From: Altererythrobacter sp.
Lineage (GTDB): Bacteria > Pseudomonadota > Alphaproteobacteria > Sphingomonadales > Sphingomonadaceae
Reading direction: 5' to 3'
Assembly: GCA_050304495.1 (NCBI GenBank)
Contig: JBNLDR010000001.1
Span: forward strand, 1 to 44,854
Length of the DNA stretch: 44,854 nt
The notes under the pieces were generated by a model. The model did not search any database. It was not told the origin of the DNA and saw only the letters and a list, made by a program, of their open reading frames with translations. This document shows positions 26,217-35,790 of the stretch, in pieces. Every line of letters starts with the position of its first letter. Positions within the stretch are counted from its first letter, which is position 1. Made by a program: the position numbers and the translations under genes.

Positions 26217-28481
26217 TTGGCTGACGAAGGCAATAAAGTAACATTCACGACGCGCGAGGCGCTATTTTATCACGAGACCATTCGGCCTGGTAAGATCGAA
26301 ATCATTGCCAGCAAGCCGATGGCGAGCCAGCGCGATCTCAGCTTGGCCTATTCGCCGGGTGTGGCCGCGCCGGTCGAGGCGATTGCCGCTGACCCCAAGA
26401 TGGCGGCGAGATACACCGCGCGCTCGAACCTCGTCGCAGTAATCACCAATGGCACGGCCATCCTTGGGATGGGCAATCTTGGCGCCTTGGCCGCCAAGCC
26501 GGTGATGGAAGGCAAGGCGGTGCTGTTCAAGCGCTTCGCCGATGTCGATTCGATAGATATCGAGCTCGATACAGAAGATCCTGAAAAGTTCATTGAGGCG
26601 GTCGCGCTGATGGAACCGACCTTTGGTGGCATCAATCTGGAAGATATCGCCGCGCCGGAGTGCTTCATCATCGAGCAGGCCCTGCGCGAACGGATGAATA
26701 TCCCGGTGATGCATGATGACCAGCATGGCACTGCGATCATCGCAACGGCGGGCCTGATCAACGCCGCGTTGTTGACCGGGCGCGATCTCAAGGATTGCCG
26801 CATGGTGGTGAACGGGGCGGGCGCGTCGGCACTGGCTTGCACCGCACTGATCAAGTCGGTTGGCATCCCGCATGAAAATGTGATTGTGTGCGATCGGTCT
26901 GGCCCGATCTATCCGGGGCGCGAAGGCGTGGACCAATGGAAGAGCGCACATGCCGTCCCGACAGAGGCACGCAGCCTGGAAGAAGCGCTGGAAGGCGCGG
27001 ACATCTTCCTTGGCCTCAGCGCGGCCGGGGCGCTCAAGCCAGAATGGATCGAGAAGATGGCGGATAAGCCGATCATCTTCGCCATGGCCAATCCAACGCC
27101 CGAAATCATGCCCGACGAGGCGAAGGCAGTGCGCCCCGATGCGATCATCGCGACCGGTCGCAGCGACTTTCCCAACCAGGTCAACAATGTCCTTGGTTTC
27201 CCCTTTATCTTTCGTGGGGCGCTCGACGTGCAAGCCACCACGATCAATGAAGAGATGAAGGTGGCGGCTGCCCATGCCATCGCGGCGCTGGCGCGTGAAC
27301 GAGTGCCGGAAGAAGTCGCTGCCGCCTATGGAATCAACCACAAATTCGGCACAGACTACATCATTCCCGCCCCCTTCGATCCACGCTTGATGGAGGTAGT
27401 TTCTTCTGCCGTGGCGAAAGCGGCGATGGATTCGGGCGTGGCGATAGCCCCGATCGAGGATTTCGATGCCTATCGCCACAGCCTGAAGGCGCGGCTCAAC
27501 CCGACGACGTCGGCGCTCGCGCGGGTCTATGAAGAGTGCCAGGCCAATCCCAAACGGATGGTTTTTGCCGAGGCGGAAGAGGACGTCGTGCTGCGCGCGG
27601 CGATCCAGTATCGCGACTTTGGCTATGGCACCCCGATCCTGGTCGGGCGGACCAAGAATGTGGTCGATCGCCTGCATATGCTTGGGGTTTCGGATCCGGG
27701 CAGTTTCGAGATCGAGAATTCCGCCGTGTCGGAACATGTCCCGGCCATGGTCGAATATCTCTACGAACGGCTGCAGCGCAAAGGATATACCGAGCGCGAC
27801 GTGCGCCGCCTGGTCAACCAGGAACGCAATGTCTTTGCCGCCCTGCTGGTGGCGCTGGGGCATGGCGATGGAATGATTTCGGGCCTGACCCGCACCTTTG
27901 CGCAAACCGCGCGCGAGGTGAATTTGGTGCTCGATCCCAAGCCCGGTGCGGTGCCTTTCGGTGTTCACCTGATGATCGGCAAGAATCACACCACCTTTCT
28001 TGCAGACACGACCATCAACGAGCGGCCCAGCGCCGAAGATCTGGCGCATATCGCCAGGGAAACCGCAGCGGTGGCGCGCCGCATGGGCCATGAACCGCGG
28101 GTTGCCTTCCTCAGTTATTCCACTTTTGGCAATCCCAGCGGCAGGTGGCTCGAAAATATCCGCGAAGCTGTTGCGATCCTCGACAAGGAAGTTCCCGGCT
28201 TCGAATATGAAGGCGAAATGGCGCCCGATGCCGCGCTCAATCCCAAGGTGATGGAACTCTATCCTTTCAGCCGCCTGTCGGCGCCGGCCAATGTGCTGAT
28301 CCTGCCTGGACTGCAATCGGCCAATATCTCGGCCAAATTGCTGCGGGAACTCGCCGGGGCGACAACGATTGGCCCGATGCTGATCGGGATGGAGAAGCCG
28401 GTACAGATCACACCTATGACTTCGATCGCGCCGGATGTGCTTACGCTGGCGGTGCTGGCTGCGGCAGGCGTGGTGGGCTGA
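26217..28481 (+). CDS. maeB: NADP-dependent malic enzyme with PTA-like domain
   Basis: LSLAYSPGVA, KPVMEGK, INLEDI, HDDQHGT, GRSDFPNQVNN; C-terminal PTA-like domain; TTG start. Confidence 0.95.
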   Translation: MADEGNKVTFTTREALFYHETIRPGKIEIIASKPMASQRDLSLAYSPGVAAPVEAIAADPKMAARYTARSNLVAVITNGTAILGMGNLGALAAKPVMEGKAVLFKRFADVDSIDIELDTEDPEKFIEAVALMEPTFGGINLEDIAAPECFIIEQALRERMNIPVMHDDQHGTAIIATAGLINAALLTGRDLKDCRMVVNGAGASALACTALIKSVGIPHENVIVCDRSGPIYPGREGVDQWKSAHAVPTEARSLEEALEGADIFLGLSAAGALKPEWIEKMADKPIIFAMANPTPEIMPDEAKAVRPDAIIATGRSDFPNQVNNVLGFPFIFRGALDVQATTINEEMKVAAAHAIAALARERVPEEVAAAYGINHKFGTDYIIPAPFDPRLMEVVSSAVAKAAMDSGVAIAPIEDFDAYRHSLKARLNPTTSALARVYEECQANPKRMVFAEAEEDVVLRAAIQYRDFGYGTPILVGRTKNVVDRLHMLGVSDPGSFEIENSAVSEHVPAMVEYLYERLQRKGYTERDVRRLVNQERNVFAALLVALGHGDGMISGLTRTFAQTAREVNLVLDPKPGAVPFGVHLMIGKNHTTFLADTTINERPSAEDLAHIARETAAVARRMGHEPRVAFLSYSTFGNPSGRWLENIREAVAILDKEVPGFEYEGEMAPDAALNPKVMELYPFSRLSAPANVLILPGLQSANISAKLLRELAGATTIGPMLIGMEKPVQITPMTSIAPDVLTLAVLAAAGVVG

Positions 28482-28485
28482 TCCC

Positions 28486-29016
28486 ATGAGCAAGCTTGCC
28501 CGTGTCGTCCTGACGGTGACTGGCAGCGACCGGCCCGGTTTGACCTCTGCCCTGGCTGAAGCGGTGCTGGCGGCGGGCGGCAATTGGCAGGAAGGCCATC
28601 TCAGCCGGCTGGGCGGGCTCTATGTTGGGTCGGTGCTGGTAGAGATCGAGCCAGACCAGCTTGAGTCACTCGAAGCCGGGATAAAGGCGATCGATGCGGC
28701 CGGGCTGGCGGTTGCGATCCATGCCGCGGGCGACGAACCGGTGATTGAGCAGACTGCGCTATTGTTTGAACTGGTGGGGCAGGACCGCCCGGGGATCATT
28801 CGCGAGGTCTCCGCAGTGCTGGCGCGGCTTGGCGCCAATATCGAAAGCCTGTCCAGCGGCGAAGAACGCGGCGCCTGGGGCGGTGAACGCCTGTTCCGCG
28901 CCGCGGTTCGTGTGACTCTACCCAAAACGGTTTCGCCAGAGGATGCGCAGGCCGCGCTGGAAACGATTTCCAGCGAGATCATGGTCGATTTCACGTTTGC
29001 CAGGGGGCCTGCTTGA
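28486..29016 (+). CDS. GcvR-like tandem ACT-domain protein
   Basis: Two ACT repeats (G.DRPGL and GQDRPGIIREVS). Confidence 0.85.
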   Translation: MSKLARVVLTVTGSDRPGLTSALAEAVLAAGGNWQEGHLSRLGGLYVGSVLVEIEPDQLESLEAGIKAIDAAGLAVAIHAAGDEPVIEQTALLFELVGQDRPGIIREVSAVLARLGANIESLSSGEERGAWGGERLFRAAVRVTLPKTVSPEDAQAALETISSEIMVDFTFARGPA

Positions 29017-30161
29017 TCTTGGCGATGGAGCTGATTCCCTGCCAGCGCGCTGGTTTCGCGATCCCGGACGATGTCCATTATCTCAACTGTGCCTATATGT
29101 CGCCGCTGTCCCATGCGGTCGCCGATGCCGTGGCCAAGGGCGCTGTGCTGAAGCAGTCCCCCTGGACTTACAAGCCGGCCGATTTCTTCAGCATTTGCGA
29201 GAGGTTCCGAGAGCAGGCGGCACGGCTGGCCGGTGTGGCGACAGATGCAATCGCGATCGTCCCATCGGCAAGCTATGGTTTGGCCATTGCCGCGCGCAAT
29301 CTGCCGCTGGCGAGAGGGCAGCAAGTTGTGACGCTGGCAGACCAGTTCCCCTCGAACATCTATGTCTGGCGTGACTTGTGCGACAGGAATCGTGCCGCCA
29401 TGGTCACGGTCCGGCGTGACGAGGAAGCGTGCTGGAGCGCGGCCGTGCTCAATGCGATCGGACCGGATACGGGAATTGTAGCGCTGCCGCATTGCCATTG
29501 GGCCGATGGACGCGTGGTGGACTTAGTGGCGGTGGGCGAAAAGTGCCGCTCGGTAGGGGCCGCGCTTGTGCTCGATCTCACGCAATCGCTGGGCGCGATG
29601 CCGATCGATTTCGCGGCGGTGCAGCCTGATTTTGCGGTCGCAGCCTGCTACAAATGGCTGATGGGGCCGTATGGAACGGGGATTCTCTATGCCGATCCAA
29701 AGTACCACGACGGCGTGCCGATCGAGCACAATTGGATCAATCGCGGCGGGTCTGATGATTTTGCCCGGCTGGTCGATTACCGCGATGATTTCCACCCTGG
29801 CGCACGGCGGTTCGACATGGGGGAGAAGAGCAATCCGCCGCTGATGATGGGGGCCAGTGCGGGGCTGGATTTCCTGCTGGAATTCGGGGTGGAGGCGATT
29901 GCGCAAACCCTTGCCGTGCAGACCGAGGCCATCGCCAGCGCGGCGCCGCAACTCGGCCTCACGTCCGCGCCGATCGGCATCCGTGCGCCGCATTTCCTGG
30001 CGCTGGGCTTCCCTGAAGGTGTGCCCCAGGGCCTGACCGACCGGCTGGCCGAACAACAGGTGTACGTTTCGTTGCGCGGCTCCTCGCTGCGTGTGACTCC
30101 GCACCTCTACAACAATGAAGCCGATCGCGAGGCCTTGCTCGACACGCTGCAGAGTTGCTGA
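29013..30161 (+). CDS. Class V PLP-dependent enzyme (cysteine desulfurase/lyase/epimerase-like)
   Basis: YLNCAYMSP, DLTQSLG, ACYKWLMGPYG (PLP Lys), LRVTPHLYN. Confidence 0.88.
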   Translation: MILAMELIPCQRAGFAIPDDVHYLNCAYMSPLSHAVADAVAKGAVLKQSPWTYKPADFFSICERFREQAARLAGVATDAIAIVPSASYGLAIAARNLPLARGQQVVTLADQFPSNIYVWRDLCDRNRAAMVTVRRDEEACWSAAVLNAIGPDTGIVALPHCHWADGRVVDLVAVGEKCRSVGAALVLDLTQSLGAMPIDFAAVQPDFAVAACYKWLMGPYGTGILYADPKYHDGVPIEHNWINRGGSDDFARLVDYRDDFHPGARRFDMGEKSNPPLMMGASAGLDFLLEFGVEAIAQTLAVQTEAIASAAPQLGLTSAPIGIRAPHFLALGFPEGVPQGLTDRLAEQQVYVSLRGSSLRVTPHLYNNEADREALLDTLQSC

Positions 30162-30193
30162 ACCTCCTGATCGCACCGGCAAGGGTGCTGCCT

Positions 30194-31315
30194 TCAATCA
30201 GCGGGATAACGTGCGGCCATTTGTCGTAATTGGGAGAGTGCGGGGGTGCCGGACGGCTCCGCTTCGACCCACTGGATGAATGCTGTGATGCGCTTGTTGA
30301 CCTTGGCGGCATGACCGGCATGGATGTCGCTAGTAAGGTGGTCGAGATAGGGATTACTGAAGCGCTCTATTGTCGTCGCGACATAGGTTCGGGCTTCGCA
30401 TTCCATGCCCCTTTGTGCAAACCCGGGGATGACTTCCTCCGCATATAGGCGAGTAAGCGCAGCAAGAGTCTCTGCATCGCTCAGGGCTTCTCGAACTGTC
30501 AGTCGTGCGGGCAAATGGTGGGCAGCCCAGCGTTCGGCCAGCCATGTGTGACCGAGGTTGAGTATGTGTAGCTTCAGTCGCTCAAAAGGTTCCAGATCGT
30601 GCGTCGTCACGATGTCCGGATGAGTGAAGGGAAGGGAGAGGCGTGGCTGGTCCTCGATCGCCCAGAGCGCATAGGGTTCGGCAATCGCGCCCGCGGGTTC
30701 GAGCGCCCCGCTGACGATCCGATCGACTAGCGTGTTGGCCCATATGCATTCGCCCTCTAGCCAGCCGAGAAAAGCCTCCTCGCATTCCAGCTGCCACGCC
30801 AAATCTGTGACGATTTCACGCAAGACAGTACCGTTCTGGCGTACCAGTTCGCAAGGCAATAGCATGATCCCCGGACCGCCCGAACTCCAACGCCGATGTA
30901 GCAGCACCAGTAGCATCGCCGGAAAGCTGATCGGCGCAGGGCCATCGGGTGCGAAAGCCACGCGATCTTCGGGCGCGACGACAAAGCCGGCATCGCCAGT
31001 GTTCGAAACGATATATTGAAGCGGCCCGGCAGCGATTCGCACGATTTCGCCCCAATCGCTTGTGGCGCTCAGGCCTCCTGTGATGCTTTTGACGCGGACA
31101 GTTTCGTTTACTTCCCTGCCGCCTCTCAGCCCGCGAAGGATAACGTCATAGCCGCTTGGATCGGAGAAACCTCGCAGACGCTCTTCGCGATCGCTGCCGG
31201 GTGTCGTCTTTACTACCCTGATGTCGGGCACTGACTGGCCGGCGGCGCGCGCCTCATGCGCGAAGAGGGCGAAATGCGCCTGCAGGAAGCGACTGGTGCC
31301 GAATTGAAGAATCAT
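30194..31315 (-). CDS. Mannitol dehydrogenase family, altronate oxidoreductase/tagaturonate reductase-like
   Basis: ILQFGTSRFLQAH, VSNTGDAG, LLPCEL, NTLVDRIV, KLHILNLGHT, RFSNPYL. Confidence 0.82.
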   Translation of the reverse strand: MILQFGTSRFLQAHFALFAHEARAAGQSVPDIRVVKTTPGSDREERLRGFSDPSGYDVILRGLRGGREVNETVRVKSITGGLSATSDWGEIVRIAAGPLQYIVSNTGDAGFVVAPEDRVAFAPDGPAPISFPAMLLVLLHRRWSSGGPGIMLLPCELVRQNGTVLREIVTDLAWQLECEEAFLGWLEGECIWANTLVDRIVSGALEPAGAIAEPYALWAIEDQPRLSLPFTHPDIVTTHDLEPFERLKLHILNLGHTWLAERWAAHHLPARLTVREALSDAETLAALTRLYAEEVIPGFAQRGMECEARTYVATTIERFSNPYLDHLTSDIHAGHAAKVNKRITAFIQWVEAEPSGTPALSQLRQMAARYPAD

Positions 31316-31456
31316 CTCAAGATCACCCAACAAACCGGGGAATTGCGCCCTGCGCTGTGGCGCAACAGCGAGCGCGGCGAAAACCGTATTCATTTTTGAT
31401 AAAAATGATATGCAAATATGAAAATAGTGCCTGTTTATGAGTTGAAGGAAGAAGCG

Positions 31457-32467
31457 TTGAAGGCTGTTTTGTGCAATGCCCCGCTGGATTTACGGATCGT
31501 GGAACGCGAGGCGCCGCAAGTGGGCGAAGGTGAAGTGCTGCTGCGCATCCGGCGGGTGGGGCTTTGCGGCACGGATTATCATATCTTCGGGGGAAGTCAG
31601 CCATTCCTCACCTATCCCCGCGTGATGGGCCATGAACTGGCCGCCGAGGTGGTGAGTGCACCCCAGGGTTCCGAACTGCGCGCCGGGCAGATTGTCACGG
31701 TCAATCCTTATCTGGCGTGTGGCACCTGTCGCGCCTGCCGAAGGGACAAACCCAATTGCTGCTCGAATATTGCGGTTCTGGGTGTCCATACCGATGGGGG
31801 CATGTGTGATTTGATCGCCGTACCCGAACAGGCGGTGATCGATGCCACGGGCCTGACGCTGGATCAGGCGGCCATGGTTGAATTTCTCGCGATTGGGGCG
31901 CATGCGGCGTCGCGAGCAGGATTGGCGGCGGACGACCGGGTTCTTGTAGTGGGGGCAGGGCCGATCGGCATCGCGACCGGCCTATTCGCAAGGCTCGACG
32001 GTGCCGAAGTAACATTCATCGATACGCGCGCCGCACGGCTCGACCATGTGCAGAACCGGCTGGGCTTCGACAAGGTCATGGTCGCGGGCGACGAAATTCG
32101 CGATGAATTGTTGAAGCAAACGGACGGCGAGCTGTTTGATTGCGTGTTCGATGCCACGGGCAATATCCAAGCCATGCGCGCAGGCCTGAATTATGTCGCC
32201 CATGGCGGTACCTATGTGCTGGTCAGCGTCGTGAAGGGATATCTGGTCTTTTCCGATCCAGATTTCCACAAGCGCGAAACCACATTGTTGGGGAGTCGCA
32301 ACGCGTTAATGGCGGATTTCGCCCGTGTGATCGCGGCAATCAAATCTGGCGACATTCCCACGGATGCCCTGCATACTCACAGCTTGAAGGCGGAAGAATT
32401 GCCCGACAAGCTGCCGCAGTTGATTGCTGAAGCGGATACGGTGTTGAAAGCGATCGCAGTTTTTTGA
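31457..32467 (+). CDS. Zn-dependent dehydrogenase, L-galactonate 5-dehydrogenase (YjjN/LgoD)-like
   Basis: GLCGTD, GHE, CxxCxxC...C zinc lobe, GAGPIG, FHKRETTLLGSRNA. Confidence 0.82.
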   Translation: MKAVLCNAPLDLRIVEREAPQVGEGEVLLRIRRVGLCGTDYHIFGGSQPFLTYPRVMGHELAAEVVSAPQGSELRAGQIVTVNPYLACGTCRACRRDKPNCCSNIAVLGVHTDGGMCDLIAVPEQAVIDATGLTLDQAAMVEFLAIGAHAASRAGLAADDRVLVVGAGPIGIATGLFARLDGAEVTFIDTRAARLDHVQNRLGFDKVMVAGDEIRDELLKQTDGELFDCVFDATGNIQAMRAGLNYVAHGGTYVLVSVVKGYLVFSDPDFHKRETTLLGSRNALMADFARVIAAIKSGDIPTDALHTHSLKAEELPDKLPQLIAEADTVLKAIAVF

Positions 32468-32543
32468 CCGCCAAATCGCGGATGGAAAGCGAATATTTCC
32501 CCTTACGACGCATTCCGGCACAGCCTTTGACTGCAGAAATTCT

Positions 32544-32554
32544 TTACATATGAA
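32544..32554. promoter_or_regulatory. Candidate IclR operator TTACATATGAA
   Basis: Exact reverse complement recurs at 33579-33589. Confidence 0.55.
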
Positions 32555-32619
32555 TTGAGAGTGCAAAACAGTTGCGTTTCCGCACCGATAGTTGCATCTG
32601 TTGTGCCTACGTTAAGTGA

Positions 32620-33471
32620 GTGCGGGCTCCGGTCACGATAACGCAGGCAAGGGGAGGGCGGGCGATAGCAAACCAACCGAAACGGGAGGCCGAATCCACG
32701 TCGTCAAGCGGCGTAGCCAAATATCGGGCGCCGGCGCTCGAAAAGGGGCTGGATGTCCTCGAACTTCTGGTAGCGGAAGCGCGTCCGCTCACCATGAGCG
32801 AAATCTGCCAGCGCCTGCGCCGGTCGCAAGGCGAGATGTTTCGCATGGTCCAGGTGCTGCAAACACGGGGCTTTCTGGCTCAGGAAGGCGCCACGGATGG
32901 CTATTACCTAACCGATAAGCTGTTTTCGATGGCCATGCAGCAGCCGCCGATGCAGAATCTGGTGGAGGTGGCATTACCCCGAATGCGTGCCCTGGCGTCG
33001 CAGATTGGCCAGTCTTGCCATCTGGTCGTGCATACGCGCGGCGAGATTGTCGTCGTGGCCCGGATCGAAGCCGATGAGCTGATCGGCCTTTCGGTCCGTG
33101 TTGGACACCGCCTTTCCATCCTGCAATCAGTATCGGGCGCGGTGCTGTTCGCCTTTCAGCCCGAAGAATTCCGCGCCCGCTGGCTTTCAATGCTGTCTCC
33201 TCAGGTCAGTGCGAAAGAGATCGAAGCATTCGTCAAGGTCGCCGACAAGGCTCGGAGGAGGGGTTTCGCAAGAGCCTCAAGCACCTTTATGACTGGCGTT
33301 ACCGATATTTCAGCGCCCGTTATGGAGGGGGATCGAGCGGCGGCGGCGCTGACCGTGCCGTTCATAAAGCATATCAATTTGCGCTGCGGCCTGTTCGAGG
33401 CGACCAGCTATCTGACTGAAGCAGCGAGCCAAATTTCGGGACATTTGCTCGAAAGCGACAGCCGCATCTAG
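32620..33471 (+). CDS. IclR family transcriptional regulator
   Basis: YRAPALEKGLDVLELL HTH and IclR effector domain (GVTDISAPV); start uncertain. Confidence 0.9.
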   Translation: MRAPVTITQARGGRAIANQPKREAESTSSSGVAKYRAPALEKGLDVLELLVAEARPLTMSEICQRLRRSQGEMFRMVQVLQTRGFLAQEGATDGYYLTDKLFSMAMQQPPMQNLVEVALPRMRALASQIGQSCHLVVHTRGEIVVVARIEADELIGLSVRVGHRLSILQSVSGAVLFAFQPEEFRARWLSMLSPQVSAKEIEAFVKVADKARRRGFARASSTFMTGVTDISAPVMEGDRAAAALTVPFIKHINLRCGLFEATSYLTEAASQISGHLLESDSRI

Positions 33472-33578
33472 CGCCGTCCCGGACGCGCCTTTGTATTGGC
33501 GCCGGCTCAAGTCACTTTCCGCATCAGCCGCAGCGGGCGGCTATCTGGCGCATTTTGCTTGCATATGGGCGATAGACT

Positions 33579-33589
33579 TTCATATGTAA
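33579..33589. promoter_or_regulatory. Candidate IclR operator TTCATATGTAA upstream of the catabolic operon
   Basis: Reverse complement of 32544-32554; 24 nt upstream of the AKR start. Confidence 0.55.
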
Positions 33590-33612
33590 GACAAATGGGG
33601 AGTGGGGATGTC

Positions 33613-34632
33613 ATGCAACTTCTTGCCAACGGCGCGATTCCGCTGGGGCTGGGCTGTGCGTCACTCTGGAATCTCTATCATGCAATCGGGGAAGACGACG
33701 CGCGCGCGACGGTTGATGCCGCGTGGGACGTGGGCATGCGCTATTTCGATACCGCCCCCTATTATGGCCTGGGCCTTTCCGAACGCCGTCTGGGAGACGC
33801 GTTGCGGGACAAGCCAAGGGCGCAATACCGACTTTCAACCAAGGTGGGGCGACTGCTCGATCCTGATAGCCAGCCGGATTTGGCGGTTGAGCGCCATGGC
33901 TTTGTGACATCCATGCCGTTCAAGGTGCGGTATGATTACAGCTACGATGGCGTCATGCGTTCGTGGGAGGCGAGCCTGCAGCGGCTGGGCCTGGCGCGGG
34001 TGGATATCCTGCTGGTGCATGACATTGGTGAGGTAGTGCACGGCACGGAGAATGCGCGGCACTTCGCCGACCTTGCGGACAGCGGCTATCGCGCGCTCGA
34101 AGAACTGCGGCGCAATGGCGACATTGCGGCAATAGGGCTGGGCGTCAACGAGTGGGAAGTTTGCGCCCAGGCAATGACGATTGGGCAGTTCGACTGTTTC
34201 CTGCTTGCCGGACGCTATACGCTGCTCGAGCAAGAGCCGCTGCACGCATTCCTGCCGCAATGTCAAAGCCATGGCGCATCGATCATCCTGGGCGGTGTTT
34301 ACAATAGCGGCATCCTGGCGACCGGCACACGGCAAGGCGGCGCGATGCATTACAATTACGAGCCCGCTCCGTCGCAGATTATCGAACGGGTGGCCCGGAT
34401 CGAGGCGGTGTGCAACGGGCATGATGTCACGCTCGCGGCGGCGGCACTACAGTTCCCGCTTGCGCATCCCGCAGTGGCGTCGGTCATTCCCGGTCTCGAC
34501 AGCGCGCGCCACGTTGAACAGACTGTAGAGCTGTGGCGCGAAACCATACCGGATGCGTTCTGGCAGCAGCTCAAGGATGAAGGGCTGCTTGATCGAGGCG
34601 CGCCTGTGCCTGCTGGAGCGGGTCGACCATGA
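33613..34632 (+). CDS. Aldo-keto reductase, L-fucose/L-galactose (D-threo-aldose) 1-dehydrogenase-like
   Basis: YFDTAPYYGLGLSERRLG, LSTKVGRLL, DYSYDGV, LLAGRYTLLEQ. Confidence 0.85.
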   Translation: MQLLANGAIPLGLGCASLWNLYHAIGEDDARATVDAAWDVGMRYFDTAPYYGLGLSERRLGDALRDKPRAQYRLSTKVGRLLDPDSQPDLAVERHGFVTSMPFKVRYDYSYDGVMRSWEASLQRLGLARVDILLVHDIGEVVHGTENARHFADLADSGYRALEELRRNGDIAAIGLGVNEWEVCAQAMTIGQFDCFLLAGRYTLLEQEPLHAFLPQCQSHGASIILGGVYNSGILATGTRQGGAMHYNYEPAPSQIIERVARIEAVCNGHDVTLAAAALQFPLAHPAVASVIPGLDSARHVEQTVELWRETIPDAFWQQLKDEGLLDRGAPVPAGAGRP

Positions 34633-35462
34633 GGATAGATGCGCATCAGCATTTCTGGGAATTGGCCAATCCATTTACCGATTGGCCGACACCCGATATT
34701 GCCGCGATCTATCGCGATTTCAGGCCGCAAGACTTGCGCCCCCTGCTGGAGGCTACGGATATCGGGGGCACGGTGTTGGTCCAGGCCGCGGCCGACCTGT
34801 CCGAAACGCGATACTTGCTTGATCTGGCCAAACATCATCCGTTCGTGAGGGGCGTGGTCGGCTGGATCGATTTCGAGGCCGCCGATGCTTTGAACCAGCT
34901 TGAAGCCTTGGCATCCGATCCGGTGCTGAAGGGTTTGCGGCCGATGATTCAGTCGATTGAAGAGTCGGGCTGGGTGCTGCGAAGTGAGTTCGAACCGCTG
35001 TTTCGGGCCATGATCGCCAAGGGCCTGTGTTTCGATGGGCTGGTGCGGGCGCATCAGATCGGCGACATCACTCAATTGGCTGCGCGCTATCCCGACCTTC
35101 AGATCGTGCTCGATCATGGCGGCAAGCCGGATATTGCTGGCGGTGCGTGTGCCGGTTGGATGGCCGACGTCGAAACCCTGGCACGTCACCCCAACGTCCA
35201 TTGCAAGCTGTCCGGCTTTTGGACCGAGGCGGGCGAAGACATCGGGATCGATGTAATCCGCCCCTACGCTGCGCATCTGCTCACGGCCTTCGGAGCCGAT
35301 CGGCTGATGTGGGGAAGCGATTGGCCTGTAGTCGAGCTGGCGGGCTCCTACACGGACTGGATCGCACAGGCGGAATTGCTGCTCGCCGACGTAGACGACG
35401 CGGATCGGACGAGCATTTTTGGTGGAAATGCCTTGCGTTTCTATCGGTTGTGCGATGACTGA
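34629..35462 (+). CDS. Amidohydrolase, L-fucono/L-galactono-lactonase-like
   Basis: IDAHQHFW, VLDHGGKP, CKLSG, MWGSDWPV; ATGA overlap. Confidence 0.85.
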   Translation: MRIDAHQHFWELANPFTDWPTPDIAAIYRDFRPQDLRPLLEATDIGGTVLVQAAADLSETRYLLDLAKHHPFVRGVVGWIDFEAADALNQLEALASDPVLKGLRPMIQSIEESGWVLRSEFEPLFRAMIAKGLCFDGLVRAHQIGDITQLAARYPDLQIVLDHGGKPDIAGGACAGWMADVETLARHPNVHCKLSGFWTEAGEDIGIDVIRPYAAHLLTAFGADRLMWGSDWPVVELAGSYTDWIAQAELLLADVDDADRTSIFGGNALRFYRLCDD

Positions 35463-35790
35463 AATAGAGAAGGCAGTGGCCGTCACGGGATCGTTGATCC
35501 TGCTGCATCCGAACGACAACGTACTCATCTGCGCCTCAGAGATCGGTGCGGGTTCGTTGGTGGAAATCGATGGCAACGCTTGCCAACTCGTCACGGCTAT
35601 CCCGGTCGGACACAAGGTGGCGCGCCGTGCGCTTTCTGCGGGTGAGCAGGTTCTGCGTTACGGGATAAGGATTGGCACCATGACCGCCGCCGCTGCGCCG
35701 GGGGAACATGTCCACCGGCACAATCTGGCCAGCGATTACATCCCGTCGCACGACCGTGCCGTGTTGCGGAGCGGGGAAGCGGAAAAATGA
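35455..35790 (+). CDS. UxaA/GarD dehydratase small (SAF) subunit
   Basis: LHPNDNV, IPVGHKVA, LRYG..IG, GEHVHRHN. Confidence 0.87.
   Translation: MTEIEKAVAVTGSLILLHPNDNVLICASEIGAGSLVEIDGNACQLVTAIPVGHKVARRALSAGEQVLRYGIRIGTMTAAAAPGEHVHRHNLASDYIPSHDRAVLRSGEAEK

Noticed and set aside
26262-28583. 773-aa antisense ORF
   Set aside because: Mirror of maeB on the opposite strand, a typical high-GC shadow ORF with no recognisable motifs. The same applies to 2324-3298, 10543-11502 and 34356-35615.
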